Origin: Ginglymostoma cirratum
Taxonomy: Eukaryota
Assembly (NCBI GenBank): GCA_024137785.1
Contig: JAHRHZ010000144.1
Coordinates: forward strand, 19,216,317 to 19,280,316
Direction: 5' to 3'
Length of the DNA: 64,000 bases
Part shown: piece after piece, positions 50,405-63,169 of the stretch
How the letters are laid out: the number at the start of each line of letters is the position of its first letter
Numbering within the stretch: the first letter of the stretch is position 1
The notes under the pieces: model-generated
Databases searched by the model: none
Seen by the model: the letters and a program-made list of their open reading frames with translations, nothing else
What the model was told of the DNA's origin: nothing
Position numbers and translations under genes: made by a program

Positions 50405-51990
50405 AGCATAGGAACAGGCAACTCCACCTAACCAGTCCTAGCCACATTTATGTTTCACTAAATGTCATCTAAATGTCAGCATAAACCCAAGAACTTCTTT
50501 CAAAAACAGAAATTGCTGGAGAAACTCAGGTCGTCTGGTAGGATTTCTCCAGAAATTTCTGTTTTTGTTTCAGATCTTCAGCATCCACAGTTCCTTGTTT
50601 CATCGAGGAACCTTTTCCCCTCATTTGCTTAACCAACTTCCCCTTTGGTTGCAAGTTCCATACTTCCATCAGATTTCTTCTGAACGTCTTATTTCACCTC
50701 AGGTCGACAATTTCAGCTTAATGACGCTCAATATGATTGTTCCTCACGAATGGAAAAGATCTGTCTACTCTGTAATTGTAAATGCACCTATTTAGGTCTT
50801 ACCTCAGCCTTGGGTTGTTGAGGAAAAAGAGATCTAATGTGTTCATCTCTCTTGAAAGTTATGAGCTAGCATAGTTAGTGTCATCCCTCCAGTTCTTTTC
50901 TGCACACACTCCAGTCCTTCTACATAAATATTATAATGCGGTGACCAGAACTGTACTAAGTTTATAATGGACCAAACAAGTTTTGATATTAAAAAAGAGC
51001 ATACCATTTCTACATTTTAATGCTATCCCATCTGAATATTAACCCAGGATTTGGCTTACTTTCTTTAACAATCTCATCAACCTGTGACAAATCTTGTAGA
51101 GATCCATGATTTTTCATTTCCAGATTTCTTTGTTCTTCTGCTGTAGTTCAGATTCTTAGAAGAGTTATGTCACATCTTAATTTTTCTTAACCAAATGCCT
51201 TTGTCTATTGCTGAAATTGCCGAATCAACAAAATACTCATACTAGATTATTAATATCTAATAATTAGTTGCAGTCCTCTTCAGCATTTACTATCTCCCCA
51301 CCCTCCCAAACCAAAAATTGGTGTCATCTACAAGTTTAGCACACTACCTTTGATTCCAAAGTTTATATTCTTAATATAAATGGTCAACACTGGTTCCAGC
51401 ACTGAATCCTGTGGGGCACCCCTTAACTTCAGAACACCCTTAATCTCGCTTTTTGTCCTGCAGCCAGCTCATTATCCACTTATCTCCTTATATCTGGACA
51501 TGCAGTGTTCTTAGTCCATTGTGTCATTCCTTATCCAATATCTTTTGGATATCTAGCTATATTTCTTTTACTGCAATACCCTTGCCCAAACTCCATTAAC
51601 ATAAACCTTTGAAACTATGGCACTGGTCAAATAAGGCTTTCTCTTTAGAAATAGTAATGACGAATCAGTAGAAATATCTTTGATTTCTAGGTCTTTTTCT
51701 ACAATTACCTTCAGGGATTTCATTATAATTTTACTGACGTTAAGCTGACTGGTCAATTGTTCAGTGGGCATGTACTCTCTCGGTCACACATAACATTAGG
51801 TAAAAGGTAATCTAGAATTTGTTTATTCCCTGAAAATGTTACATAGTACAAGTTTTCTGCATTCTTTTAAAATGCATGGATGCACTCCATCTGGTACAGG
51901 GGTTATACCTTTGTGTTTCTTTATTTACTGCTTCTCCTTTCTATACTATGCACAGCTAGGTAATTTTAAATCTCATTTTCTATTGCTATT
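50405..51990 (-). mobile_element. Old CR1 LINE relic
   Basis: GACCAGAACTGTACT (VQFWS on minus), TTGGTGTCATCTACAA (xVDDTx), CAGCACTGAATCCTGTGGGGC (PQDSVLE), GTTAAGCTGACTGGTC (RPVSLT). Confidence 0.8.
50498..50602. mobile_element. Collapsed inverted Penelope-like pseudo-LTR pair (hairpin) inserted in CR1
   Basis: CAAAAACAGAAATTGCTGGAGAAA (50501-50524) vs TTTCTCCAGAAATTTCTGTTTTTG (50544-50567). Confidence 0.75.
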
Positions 51991-53207
51991 TCCTTCAGAT
52001 GTGTCTCACTGGGTTCAGGATTTTGTTGGCTAGGCAGAAGTGATGAATGTTAATGTTTTTGAATTATTACACTAACGTTATTCTTGATGGCAACTGTATT
52101 TCAAGACTTTCCTCCGGAATGGTCAATTGGTTACAACTTTTAGTAGAACAGGAGGGTGGAGGAAAGGCTTGACTTAAGCGTGGTGAGAAACCGACAGCCC
52201 AAAAAATGATCAACTCAAAAGGAACAAAACACAAATCTGCATACATAACCACTAAAGGAGTAAGCCAGAAAATGCACAAAAGGCAGAACATTTTCTAAGC
52301 AGAGAAAGGTGGTATGATATAAATTGGGAGAAGAATCACAAAACATGGCAGAATGAAGATTTTCTAAGTTCGGTTCCATCGATAAACACTCAAGGAATAC
52401 CCATTTAGAGAGAAGAGATGTTGGAAGTTGCTGATCTAACATAAGCACCTTCGGGACTTTCAGCAAGTCACGCTGAAGTTTTCACATCAACTGGATAATC
52501 CTGCCAGATATATCCCATGAGTTTATTCAGGTTCCAATTTGGCTCAAAGGGGGTTCCACAACAGAAAACAACAATCAATCTTGAAACAGTCACATGTGAA
52601 TGCATTCAGGATTTGCAGACGAGAACATTAAGCCATCACGATATCTGCAGGGAGAATGCCATCACTGAAAAGTACAAGTGTATGTTGCTTTTTATTTACA
52701 TTACCCTTATCCCTGGAATAGGTAATGGTTCTACCCTGTAACGATTCAAGCAAGAAATGATTCAGTGCAACTCAACTCTTTTTTTCCTCCTTAAATATTT
52801 GGAACAAAACTGTACTAAAAATATTCATTCCTTACCTTTTCATTGGCTTATTCTACATATTATTCTGAAGTACCAGCCAATATCCAAACTACTCGGTAGG
52901 TACACTGAAGGGTAACTCAATGTATCTTAAATGTGATATTGTGTAGTTGACTACATTTGCAATCATGCCAAATGTCTGAAGGAAAGGCAGTCAACTACAC
53001 AAGCATTTCATACATTGTAACGGCCAGTCACAGCAAAGAAGGGTGGTTGAGTCAGCGGAAAGAAAAAGCTCTTCACTTATTCATGGCTTCATCTCACACA
53101 AAATGAAGAAAAATAGAAAGGTATAGCAATCTTATCAATACAACTTTTGCATTAATTCTAGGTTAATCAACAATTTGAGCAACTAATTAATTGAACATTC
53201 TCAATAT

Positions 53208-53540
53208 CTAGAATCATAGGATCCCTCTCGAGTGGAAACAGGCCATTCAGCCCAACAAGTCCACACTGACCCATCCCCTACCCTTTCTCTGTAACCCTGC
53301 ATTTCCCATGGTTAATGCACCTAATCTACACATCCCTGAACACTATGGGAAATTTAGCCTGGCCGGTCCACCTAGCCTGCACATCTTTGGAGCGCGGGGG
53401 GAAACCGGAGCACCCAGCAGATACCCATGCAGACATGGGGAGAACGTACAAACTGCACACAGACAGCAGCCCGAAGGTGGAATCAAACCCAGGCTCCTGA
53501 CGCTGAGGCAGCAGTACTAACCACTGAGCCACCGTGCCCT
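53208..53540 (-). mobile_element. HE1-like V-SINE
   Basis: Minus strand GGCACGGTGGCTCAGTGGTTAGTACTGCTGCCTCAGCG...GGGTTTGATTCC; well-preserved copy retaining CpGs. Confidence 0.93.
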
Positions 53541-54619
53541 CCCTTCTGTTCCTTCATTAACCAGTACTGGCGCACAAATCCCATTAAATGGAAACAGAAA
53601 TTCAGACACAAACAAATACAGAATACAATTTGTAAATTGTACATTTAACAACTTCCTGAAGCTTGAAAACAGTTCCATTGCTTAAATAAGCATACCTAAT
53701 TGCCATATCTAAACAAAAAAAAAACAGACCACAGGAAAATTCTAAACATTTCCTCAATTTGGGTCAGACAAATTATACAGACTGTCACATTTGTTGCTTT
53801 TTCTAAAAAAAAAAGTACATTGCTCTTTTACTTAAAAGGGAACAATGTATTTCCACTCCGTGTGTTTAATCATTACAGGAACACATCTGAAAACAGTCGA
53901 ACAGGATTTTAATTGCACTGTTAAATATGCTCTTAAGCCTGGATCTTTGGTCCTGAGGAGAGAGTGCAGAGCCAGGAAATCTCCCAGCTCACCGCATTTC
54001 AGGGTTGAGTGGAGGAGGAGAATAAGTGGGAATTTCAGGATGAAGTCAGGTCCGCCGGGTTTGGACACAGATCAGAAGCAGCCACAGCGGTTGCTGAAAG
54101 CTTTGCCTCGGTTCTGTGGGATCTTGCCCCAATTATTTCTTAAGTATTAAACCTTCTAGCCCTCGTGCCCTTCATACCTCCACCCACTTCCTGTGTCCAT
54201 AGATGTAAACCAATACCTCTCACACATTCACACCAACACGTGTGACACCATGCCCTCCCCCAAACCTACACTCTCCAATGGCACATCATCTGTGGTAACC
54301 TAGTATCAACTCATGCCCCCAACTACCACTCTTTGCCTTTAGACCTTCCATTCCAACTCCACCCCCCTCCATCCACCCATGATGAGATCAGCCAACATGC
54401 TGAGGCGAAATAACAATTCTGAAAATCTACTACAGATTTCATGGTATCAAAAACACTCCCACTCATGAAAACCATACAGTATGTCAATCAAATTTTGAAG
54501 TTATACCAATTTTAGATAATTCCATGACTGAATCTATCCAGGCTTTAATGCTAGAGCACAGAAAATTTCAGTCATGCTAAATAGTGACAATTAAACCTTT
54601 TCTCCAGCAGTGGTTAGCT

Positions 54620-54955
54620 TAGAATTGGCCCAGTGGTTAGCACAGCTGCCTCACAACTCCAGGGATCCAGGTTCAATACCAGCCTTGGGTGACTGCCTGT
54701 GTGGACTTTGCACATTCTCTCCACGTCTGCATGGGTTTCCTTTGGCTGCTCTGATTTCCTCTCAGTCCAAAGATGTGCACGTTAGGTGGATTGGTTGTGC
54801 TAAATTGCTCCATGTAGCACGCAGGCTAGGTCAATTAGCTATGGGATTATGGGGATTGATTGGGGGTCTGGGTCTGGGTGCAATGCTCTTCAGAAGGTTG
54901 GCACAGACTCAATGGGCCGAATGGCCTCTTTTTGCACTATAGGGATTCTATGAAT
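54620..54955 (+). mobile_element. HE1-like V-SINE
   Basis: TGGCCCAGTGGTTAGCACAGCTGCCTCACA...CAGGTTCAATACC; CAGTCCAAAGATGTGCA; GGGATTCTATGA tail. Confidence 0.92.
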
Positions 54956-55769
54956 AGCAATGCAGTTTTTTTTTTAAAAATCTTTATTCAAAACCCGCTG
55001 TCTAATTAAAGGAAGTTCCACTTTAATCCTTGTCATAATCTTTTTTCCTAAATTTACTTCCCAGCAAAAACGTGCTACTTTGGACTTCTTCACACACAAC
55101 TTAAATTACACTGATTTAATTAGAAATGCAGGTATGACAATCTTCTGCAGCACTTTGCATTGTTCGTACAAGAAATCGAGGTCATTTACTTCTAGTGTTT
55201 AGCTCCCATTAAAGTACAGGCTCGTGTTTTTCAAACATACAGGAAATACCTCACTATTAAAATATGCACGTCCAGCGCCAATCCAAATCAACACAAGTCT
55301 TACTATGTCAACCTAAATTCTGTCAATATATGGCCTATTTTGAACATTAAACAATCCATTATATAGCCTCATTCAAAAATAAAATGTAAAAAAGTATACT
55401 CATGTATTTTCAAATTTGGTGAGCTGTAAAACAGCAGTGCTATTATTAGGATATGCAGTGCTTTGGAGCTGGAGTTTGAGATTCATTAATGCATTTCAGA
55501 ATATTAAAACAAATACAGGGGATAAATTTGGTAACTGCTGAAAAATGAGTGCAGTAATTGCAATGTAAGATTCATTTGTGTCCACTGATTACAACTGTTA
55601 GCACACAATTCTGAGTTGCCTGCTTATTTCAATTATTTCAGAGACTAACCCTCAGTAACTGTTGATTGCCAGTATTATAACTTGATAATGCCACTTAAAT
55701 GAACCTTGCCCCTCTTAAAATGGGGAAATGTATTTTGCCTGAAGCTGCTGCTGGCAGTTGTGCAGGAAG

Positions 55770-56005
55770 TGATCTGAACTTGGGAAACACTGATGATGGC
55801 AGAGCACTAGGAGAGGTTGCATTTTCACAAGCTGCACTGAAGTTTTGATGGTGGAGGCAGAATGGGCAAGAAATGGCCTGGAGTTAGAGAATGCCAGGAG
55901 GTCAGCTAGCACATGGTTAAAATGCAGTGGAGGTAAACATAGCCATTGAGGTCAATGCATGGTACAAGCACAAAGGCCTTGGATATAGAGCTGTAAGAAC
56001 TTACA
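55770..56005 (+). pseudogene. Frameshifted Myb/SANT-like (Harbinger accessory protein) relic
   Basis: Across frameshifts: FSQAAL(K/E)VLMVEAEWARN...RRS...QW..IAIEVNA...RPW, matching the Myb_DNA-bind_5 pattern FS..ELE.L..EV...W..IA..VNA...R.W. Confidence 0.55.
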
Positions 56006-56009
56006 CAAG

Positions 56010-56545
56010 AGTTTAAACTCAGCAACACAGGAGCAGTACCTTTTCAGCTTGTTCCACCATTCTAGGTGATGGCTAATTGTTTACCTCAACGTATTTCTCC
56101 CCCCCGCCCCAAACACATTTCCCATACTCTTTGATGTCATTAGTATCTAGGAATCTAAAAAAGTCGACTTGAATATCCCCAATGTCTGAACGACAACCAA
56201 TTCCAAAAATTCCTCATCTCAGTCCTAATTGGCTTGCCTCTTACTCCGAGACAGTGTCCCCTGCTTCTCAACCTTTCTCCTCCAACCAGCTGGGGAAAAC
56301 ATTCTTTCTGCATATACTCTGACTGCACTTTTAATATCTAAGTTTTGGAGGACGCTGGCCCAATCTCCTCAGCTCCCATTAACGGATAGTCCTGCCATCC
56401 CAGGAAATTGCCTGGTGAAACTCCACTACATTCTCTAGATTGAAAATATATCCTTCCTTAGCTAAAGGAATAAATACCACACAAGGCACAACAGACACAG
56501 GTTTACCAAGTTTCTATATATTGAACCAAGTCACCTTTAGTTCTG
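56010..56545 (-). mobile_element. CR1 LINE 3' fragment, decayed
   Basis: ACAGGAGCAG..TTCAGC..GTTCCACCATTC..GATGGCT tail; GCCATCCCAGGAAATTGCCTGGTGAA (FTRxxPGM on minus). Confidence 0.8.
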
Positions 56546-56659
56546 TGAAGTTGGCGAATACAACCTTAAATACTTGTCCTATTAAGCTGCATCAGTAGAG
56601 TCTCTCACTATTTAATAAACTGCTCTGAAGACTCATCCACTAATAAGGTGGTGAGTGGT

Positions 56660-56985
56660 TAGATGGTGGTGCGGTGGTAATTTCTCTGGATTAAACCTGG
56701 AAAGCCAGGCTAATGCTCCAGAGGCATGGATTCAAATCCCACAAATTCAATTGATCAATTTATCAAATTGATCAAATGAAAGTAGTCTCAATAATTTTGA
56801 CCATGACACAGTCATTGATTCTTGTAGTAAATCCATCGGGCTCATTAATTATCCTTTAGGGAAGAAAATGAGCTTTGTAATTCGAGACCCACTGCAATGT
56901 GATTGACTTAACTGCCCTCCAAAGTCATTTAGGGTTGGACAAATGCTGACATTGCTAGTGACACACACATTCCATGAAAAATTAA
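56660..56985 (+). mobile_element. SacSINE1-like DeuSINE, decayed
   Basis: GGTGGTGCGGTGGTAAT head, GGATTCAAATCCCAC B box, TCCTTTAGGGAAG core. Confidence 0.8.
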
Positions 56986-57731
56986 AACTAAAATTAAAAT
57001 TTGTCAGTCAGGACTTGGCCTGATATTCATAGTTTCATCACACCCTCACAGAATTAATACTACTGCAAGCCTCACACCTAGAGGTCTCAACTTGGATACA
57101 CTATTACACAACGAAATCCACATCAGCCAAATAGACTGTATCACACTCACTGGCACACTTCCCCGTCTCCTACAGGACAATGGTGGCAGCAGGTGTTAAC
57201 CAATGGAGTACAGGTAATCATGAAGAAATGAAGCAGAATGCACCGTGGTGCCCATTGCTAAGAGTATGATCAGAGACGATGCTAAACTAAAGATAACAGT
57301 ATTCTCATTCCTACCCTTCCTTTTCAAATGCTACTTCCCCTTCATCCCACACACGTTGATTCACAAACTCCATAGTGTTGCACGTACCTCTTATTTCATC
57401 TCAACTCTACCTTATGTTTTTCTCTTCAGATACGCAGGAAATACAATCTGAAGATAACAAATGCAATCAGACAATGGAGGAACCACGAGACAGTGAGGAT
57501 TAAGACAAACCGGCTTTCACAACTGCCTCACCAGCCCAAACACCGAGGTTGCAAATAATTTAGAGGTCATCATGGATCCACAGGTACAGTTAAGTAGGAT
57601 GCTGGGTAAGAATGGTCTACATGTAGCAATAAGGACTGGCTCAAGTTCACCAGAGAGTGAGAACTCTCTCTATTTCTCACTACGAAGGACTTGGATGAAA
57701 ACTTTGACAAGGTAGTCCACAAAAGATGGCT

Positions 57732-57865
57732 GTTCTGAAGAAGGGTCACCGGACCCAAAACGTTAACTTTGCTTTCTCTCCACAGATGCTGCCAGAACTG
57801 CCGAGTTTCTCCAGGAATTTCTACTTGCATTTCTGATTTCCAGCATCGGCATTTCTTTGTCCTTT
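57732..57865 (+). mobile_element. Penelope-like pseudo-LTR with hammerhead motif carrying G12>A
   Basis: GTT-CTGAAGA-A-GGGTC(ACCG)GACCC-AAAA-CGTT-AAC; all elements present except GAAA>AAAA at 57757. Confidence 0.85.
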
Positions 57866-58334
57866 TTCCCCCAAAGGCAGCTGATAAGCATTGTGAAGGA
57901 GTACGTCATTTTCAAGGCATTTTCTGGATGACTACAGTTTCAAAGTCAGTTTTTTTTTAAGGGGGCAATGCCTAACTGAGAAGGAACTAAAACAAAAGAT
58001 TTTTTGGGAAAGGATGCTATAATGTGTATCAAACTTGCAAGAACATTAAGGAGTTTGGCATCAACTAAGCACAGAGTTTTGTGCAAAGTTCGAAGCCAAC
58101 CTTTTCCATCATGGATATGTTGACTAATTTAATTTGCTCATTTGTGTAGCTAACCATGTCACAGCTTCCATTGTAGGAAAGACAGCAGCCATTCAACATC
58201 TGAGTGTGGCACTGGGTGTAATATTGAATAATGAGAAAAGCCATGAGATCATTCAACATACAAAAAAAAGATAGATAGAGGGATAAAGTAAGAGAAACAG
58301 AGGAGAAAGCAAAAACAAAAACAGGTAGGACGGA

Positions 58335-60335
58335 GTCAGAGTCATACAGCACAAAGAAATCCTTCAGCCCAACTCATCCATGCCAACTAGATTGCCTAAA
58401 TTGAACCAGTCCTATTTGCCTACATTTATCCCATACCCCTCTAAAGCTTTCCTGTCCAAATGTCTTTTAAATGCTGCAACTGCACTTGCCGCTACCATTT
58501 CCTCTGGCAGCTTTTCCATAAATGCACCACTGTGTGTGTGAAAAAGCTGCCTCTCAAGTCCCTTTCAAATCTTTCCCTTTTGACTTCAAACCTATGCCCT
58601 CTAATTTTGGACTTCCCTACCCTGGGGGAAAGGACCTTGGCTAATCACTAAATCTATGCCTCTTCTGACATTATAAATGTCTACAAGATCACCCCTCCGC
58701 CTCCTATGCTCCAGGGGAGAAAAGTCCCAGCCCATCCAGCCTCTCCATGTAACTCAAACCTTCCAGTCTAAGTAACATCCTTGTAAATTTCTTTTGTACT
58801 CTTTCCAGTTTCATAACATCCTTCCCTGCAGCAGGGCAACAAAAATTGTATGCAGTACTCTAAATGTGGCCTTACCAATGTCTTGTACAGCCATAACATG
58901 GCATCCCAACTCCTGCACTCAATGCTTTGACTGATGAAAGAAAATATGCCAAATTCCTTTTTCACCACCCTGTCTATCTGTGACACCATTTTCAAGGTAC
59001 TACATACCTCCAACCAAAGTCTCTCCATTTGACAACACTCCCCAGGGTCCGAAAATTAACTCTCAGTCCTGCCCCAGTTTGTACCAAGATGCAACACGCC
59101 GTATTTATCTGAATTAAATTCCATCTCCCTAGTTACTCTTTTCCTCTTAATATACATTTAGAATCTCTTCGGATTCACCTTAATCTTATCTGCCAAAGCT
59201 ATCTTATGTCCCCCTTTTTCCCTTCTGGTTTCACTCTTAAAGTATACTCCTATACCCCTTATACTTCTCAGCTGGTCTATATTTAACACATGCTTCCTTT
59301 TTCTTGACCAGAGCCTCAATATCTCGAGTCATCCAGTGTTCCCTATTCCTGCCAGCCTTGTTTTTCACACTAACAGGATTATGCTGTCCCTGAACTCCTG
59401 TTATCTCACTTTTGAATGCCTTGCAACTTCCAGACATCCCTTTACCTGCGAACAGCCGACCCCAAACAAGTGTTGGTATTTTCCAATACCATCAAAACTG
59501 GCCTGCTACAATTTAGAAGTTTAACTTGCGGCTATCCTTTTCCATAAATGCTTCAAAACTAATAGAATTATGCCCACTGGTCCTAAAGTACTCCCCCACT
59601 AATACCTCAGTCACTTGTCCTGCCTCATTTCCCAAGAGGAGTTCGAGTTCTGCCCTTCTCTAGTAGGACCATCTACATATTGATTGAGAAAGTTTTCTTG
59701 AACACACTTAAATTCCTGCCCATCCAATCACTTAACGTTATGGCAGTACCAGTCTACCTTTGGAAAGTTAAAATCCCCTATTACAACTCTACTATTCTTA
59801 CATCTTATTTTTTTTTTAAATCTGTGATCTCCCTACATATTTGCTCCTCAATTTCCTGCTGACCACTGGGGAGCCTATTAGTACAATCCCATCAAAGTGA
59901 TCACCCGCTTATTTCACAGTTCCACACATACACCTGCACAGGATATTCCTCGGGGATCATCCAAAATACTGCTGTGACATTTTACCCAACCAAAAATGCC
60001 ACTCTTCTTCCTCTCTTGCCTCCCTTCTATCTTTCTTGTAGCATCTATACCTCAGAACATTGAATTGCCAATCCCGTCCCTCCCTCAGCCATGTTCCTGT
60101 AATAGCTTTGATATCTCAGTCCCATGATCCCACCCATGTCCCGAGCTAATCTGCCTTACCAGTCAGGCCTCTTACATTGAAATAAATGCATTCTAATTCA
60201 GCAGTCTTCCCTTATTCTCTGCTGGGCTCTTGTCTGCCTTGTCTATTTTACTCGCTCTTGTCAATTTCTGTACCAGCTTGAACCTTCTCTCGTCTCATTG
60301 CTGCTTAGGATCCCTACCTTTAGATTAGTTTAAAA
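58335..60335 (-). mobile_element. CR1/HER1-like LINE, RT core deleted
   Basis: LYKTLVRPHLEYCIQF (58768-59028), REHWMTRDIEALVKKK (59237-59437), EN region 59560-60190; junction near 59128 skips the RT core. Confidence 0.93.
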
Positions 60336-60767
60336 AGTGTCTAAAAACCAGCACCCCTGGGACAGAGACCAGAGCAGATTTTGAATATGCAACCTATACA
60401 TGACCAGATGCCATTTCAAAAATACTAAATTCATTAGTTTTGTTTTCTTACTGAACAACGTGGCTGAAGTTTGCCTCAGAGTAACCTAATGTATGACAAC
60501 ATTCCAATACCACCTTTTCAGCATGGCTGCTTCTGGTCAAGACTTGGCAAGCATTTTTTGAGCAGACAAGGAAAAAAGTGTGTAATGGCTCAGACAATAA
60601 AGTTCTTTATCACAATGTGCCTGGCTTTCAGGAAGTTGGATCTTGGCTTTTGTACCTGTATAAAGGAGAGGAGAAGAAATGGCAAACATTGCCAAATGAA
60701 ATTGCAAGTCACAATTCAGTCTTTGTAAACTGCCAGACGTGAGCAGCTGGTTAACACTAATCAATTA

Positions 60768-61128
60768 AAGTGGTGATTTGGTAGTAATGTCATTGGACTA
60801 GTAATTCAAAGATCTAGGCTGAAGTTCAAATCCCACCATGGGAACGAGTGGAACTTTAATAAATAAATCTGTAATATAAAGCTTGTCTGAGTACTGGTGA
60901 CCATTAAACTATCATCGATTGAAGACCCATCTCATTCACTAAATGTCCTTTGCAGAAGGAAATCGGCATCTTTAGTTTGTCTACTTTCCACAAATTTCCA
61001 GGCCCATAGCAATGTTGTTGATTCTTAATTGCCCTCTGAAATGGCCTAGCAAGCCTCTCAGTTCGAGAGCACTTAGGAATGTGCAACAAATGCCGGTCTT
61101 GACAGTAATTTCCACATCTCAAGAAAGA
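60768..61128 (+). mobile_element. SacSINE1-like DeuSINE, decayed
   Basis: GTTCAAATCCCACCATGG B box, TTCACTAAATGTCCTTT..GAAGGAAATC core, TGCCCTCTGAAATGGCCTAGCAAGC. Confidence 0.82.
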
Positions 61129-61442
61129 ATACAGTACTTAAGTACTGCTGAGGAAAAAGCCTTTTGTCCTGCACTCATCAGCACAATTCACAATAAATAC
61201 CAAAACAAAAGGAGAACAACAGTTAAATTGTATGAAAGGATAGTGTTGAACAGTTGCCAAATGGAGTGATTGAAAGAACCCAACTGTACTTGAAATATTT
61301 ACTCCTCCTTTCTACATTGCTGCTGCTAGATCTGAGTTTCTCTCGCACCTTGCTTTTAATTAAGATCTCCAGCATTCATAGTGTTTTACTTTGATTTGAT
61401 TGGTATGGCCTGGCAATGGAGAATACATCAGATAATGATGAC

Positions 61443-61535
61443 TGAGATAATAGGTACTACAGATGCTGGAGAATCCGAGATAACAAGGTGTGGAGCTGGA
61501 TGAACACAGCAGGCCAAGCAGCATCATAGGAGCAG
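61443..61535 (-). mobile_element. Penelope-like pseudo-LTR fragment (hammerhead part missing)
   Basis: GAGATAACAAGGTGTGGAGCTGGATGAACACAGCAGGCCAAGCAGCATCA nearly identical to 32624-32673. Confidence 0.88.
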
Positions 61536-62639
61536 AATGCCAAATCTTGTTTAAATTTTAAACCAGACAGATTGCATCTGATTGCTCATGGCATTGTCTT
61601 GAGAAATGAAGCAGAAAATGACAGGTACCTATTATACTGAGTTGGGACAGTCACAGTATTTATTGTATTAATACATGTAACTTCTGCTCAGCACTGCTAG
61701 TCCAACTGAAGATCCTACACTGGTCATCAGACTAATTATTTACAAACTCTGGACTATTCAGCTAATGCTATTTGAAACACCACTAACAGGATGCTGGCAT
61801 CAAGCCAAAAATATATTCTGCCTATCAAACAAATAAACGAATGACATATGAATGTTAGTGCTAGTGTGATGTTAGGCGTGTAAGGCGTATATCCCAAAAA
61901 CTGGCAGATTGCATCATACAGCGTATACATTTCACATTAAATAAGGTATTGACCACAAAGACCTAGCTTGCAAAACTCACAGCAGTGTCTAAAGTTAGAC
62001 GAGATTGCATTATTTGGCATTTGTTGAATCAGAAACAAAACAATACAAAAAAATAAATTTTTTAATGGGCACGAGCCCGATTTGACCAAATAAACTGACC
62101 TAAAGTTATAAGGAACAAAACGTTGAAGGATAGAGCATGCAAAACTGCAAATTAAACACTGGACACCGTTGTACCTGTAAGATATGAAAGCTCATAAAAA
62201 AGGTAACAAAATAGTACAGCCACAAAAAGAGAGCATGAAAAGAACATTTCAAGGGACATGAAAATTAATACATGACATTTTGACAATTTTATTGAAGAAG
62301 AGTGGGTGTACAGGAGCAATATGAATGCCTTGGAAACTGATAATGGTGATGCTGTAATGAAAGGAATGAAATGGCAGAGATGTCAAATAATTACACTGTA
62401 TCAGTGAGAAAAGGTCACCATGCAATAATTCACAAAGAGTATAATACTGAATCAGGGAGAAGGTCTCAACAAAATTATCGAACTGAAGCAATAGTGATGT
62501 AGAATAAAACGTCACTAAGATTGAATGCTTTCTGCCCCAGTGTTTAGACAGAATGGGAAAGAACAGTTCATATGCCCAAATTACAATTACCCAGAACTCT
62601 CATTTTAGGAACTGTTTCCGTAGACTGGAAATTACATGT

Positions 62640-62995
62640 CATTTCATTACTGAAGAGGGAAACCAGGGAATTGTAGACTAGTTAGCCTAACATCTGTCGT
62701 CAGCAAATTACTGAAGACTATAATTAAGAACAATGTCATTGAACATCGTTAACATTTACAGTTGATCAGAGACCCAGCATGAGTTGTCACAACTGATAAA
62801 CCTGACTGAATTAGTGCACAGAGGGAAGTCTATCAATGTTATTTATATCATTGTTCAGAAGGAATATGATAAAACTTCTAAAGTTGAAGCTAAGGGAACT
62901 ACAGGCACATTATTGATTTGGTTAGGATATTAGCTGACCAGTACAACAGAGGGCAGGGATAAAGAGCATGTCCTCTAATGGCAGGGCGCCATTAG
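62640..62995 (+). mobile_element. Decayed CR1 RT fragment
   Basis: GGGAATTGTAGACTAGTTAGCCTAACATCTGTCGTC (GNxRxVSLTSVV); TTCAGAAGGAATATGATAAA (cf. FQKAFDK). Confidence 0.75.
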
Positions 62996-63169
62996 CAGAG
63001 TTCACAGTTCATTTTTGTTAGAGTGAACAAGTCATTGTATTTATTGCCAACCTTAGTGATAGAATAGAAAGCCACTCCTATACATTTCACTTTTGACACA
63101 ATGGTAAAACGTATTATTTAACAGTATTCTGTCATGTTTGGACTAATTACTTTTAATGTGCATGCATAC

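Noticed and set aside
56745-56776. Repeated AATTGATCAA palindromes
   Set aside because: Local slippage within the AT-rich linker of a decayed SINE.
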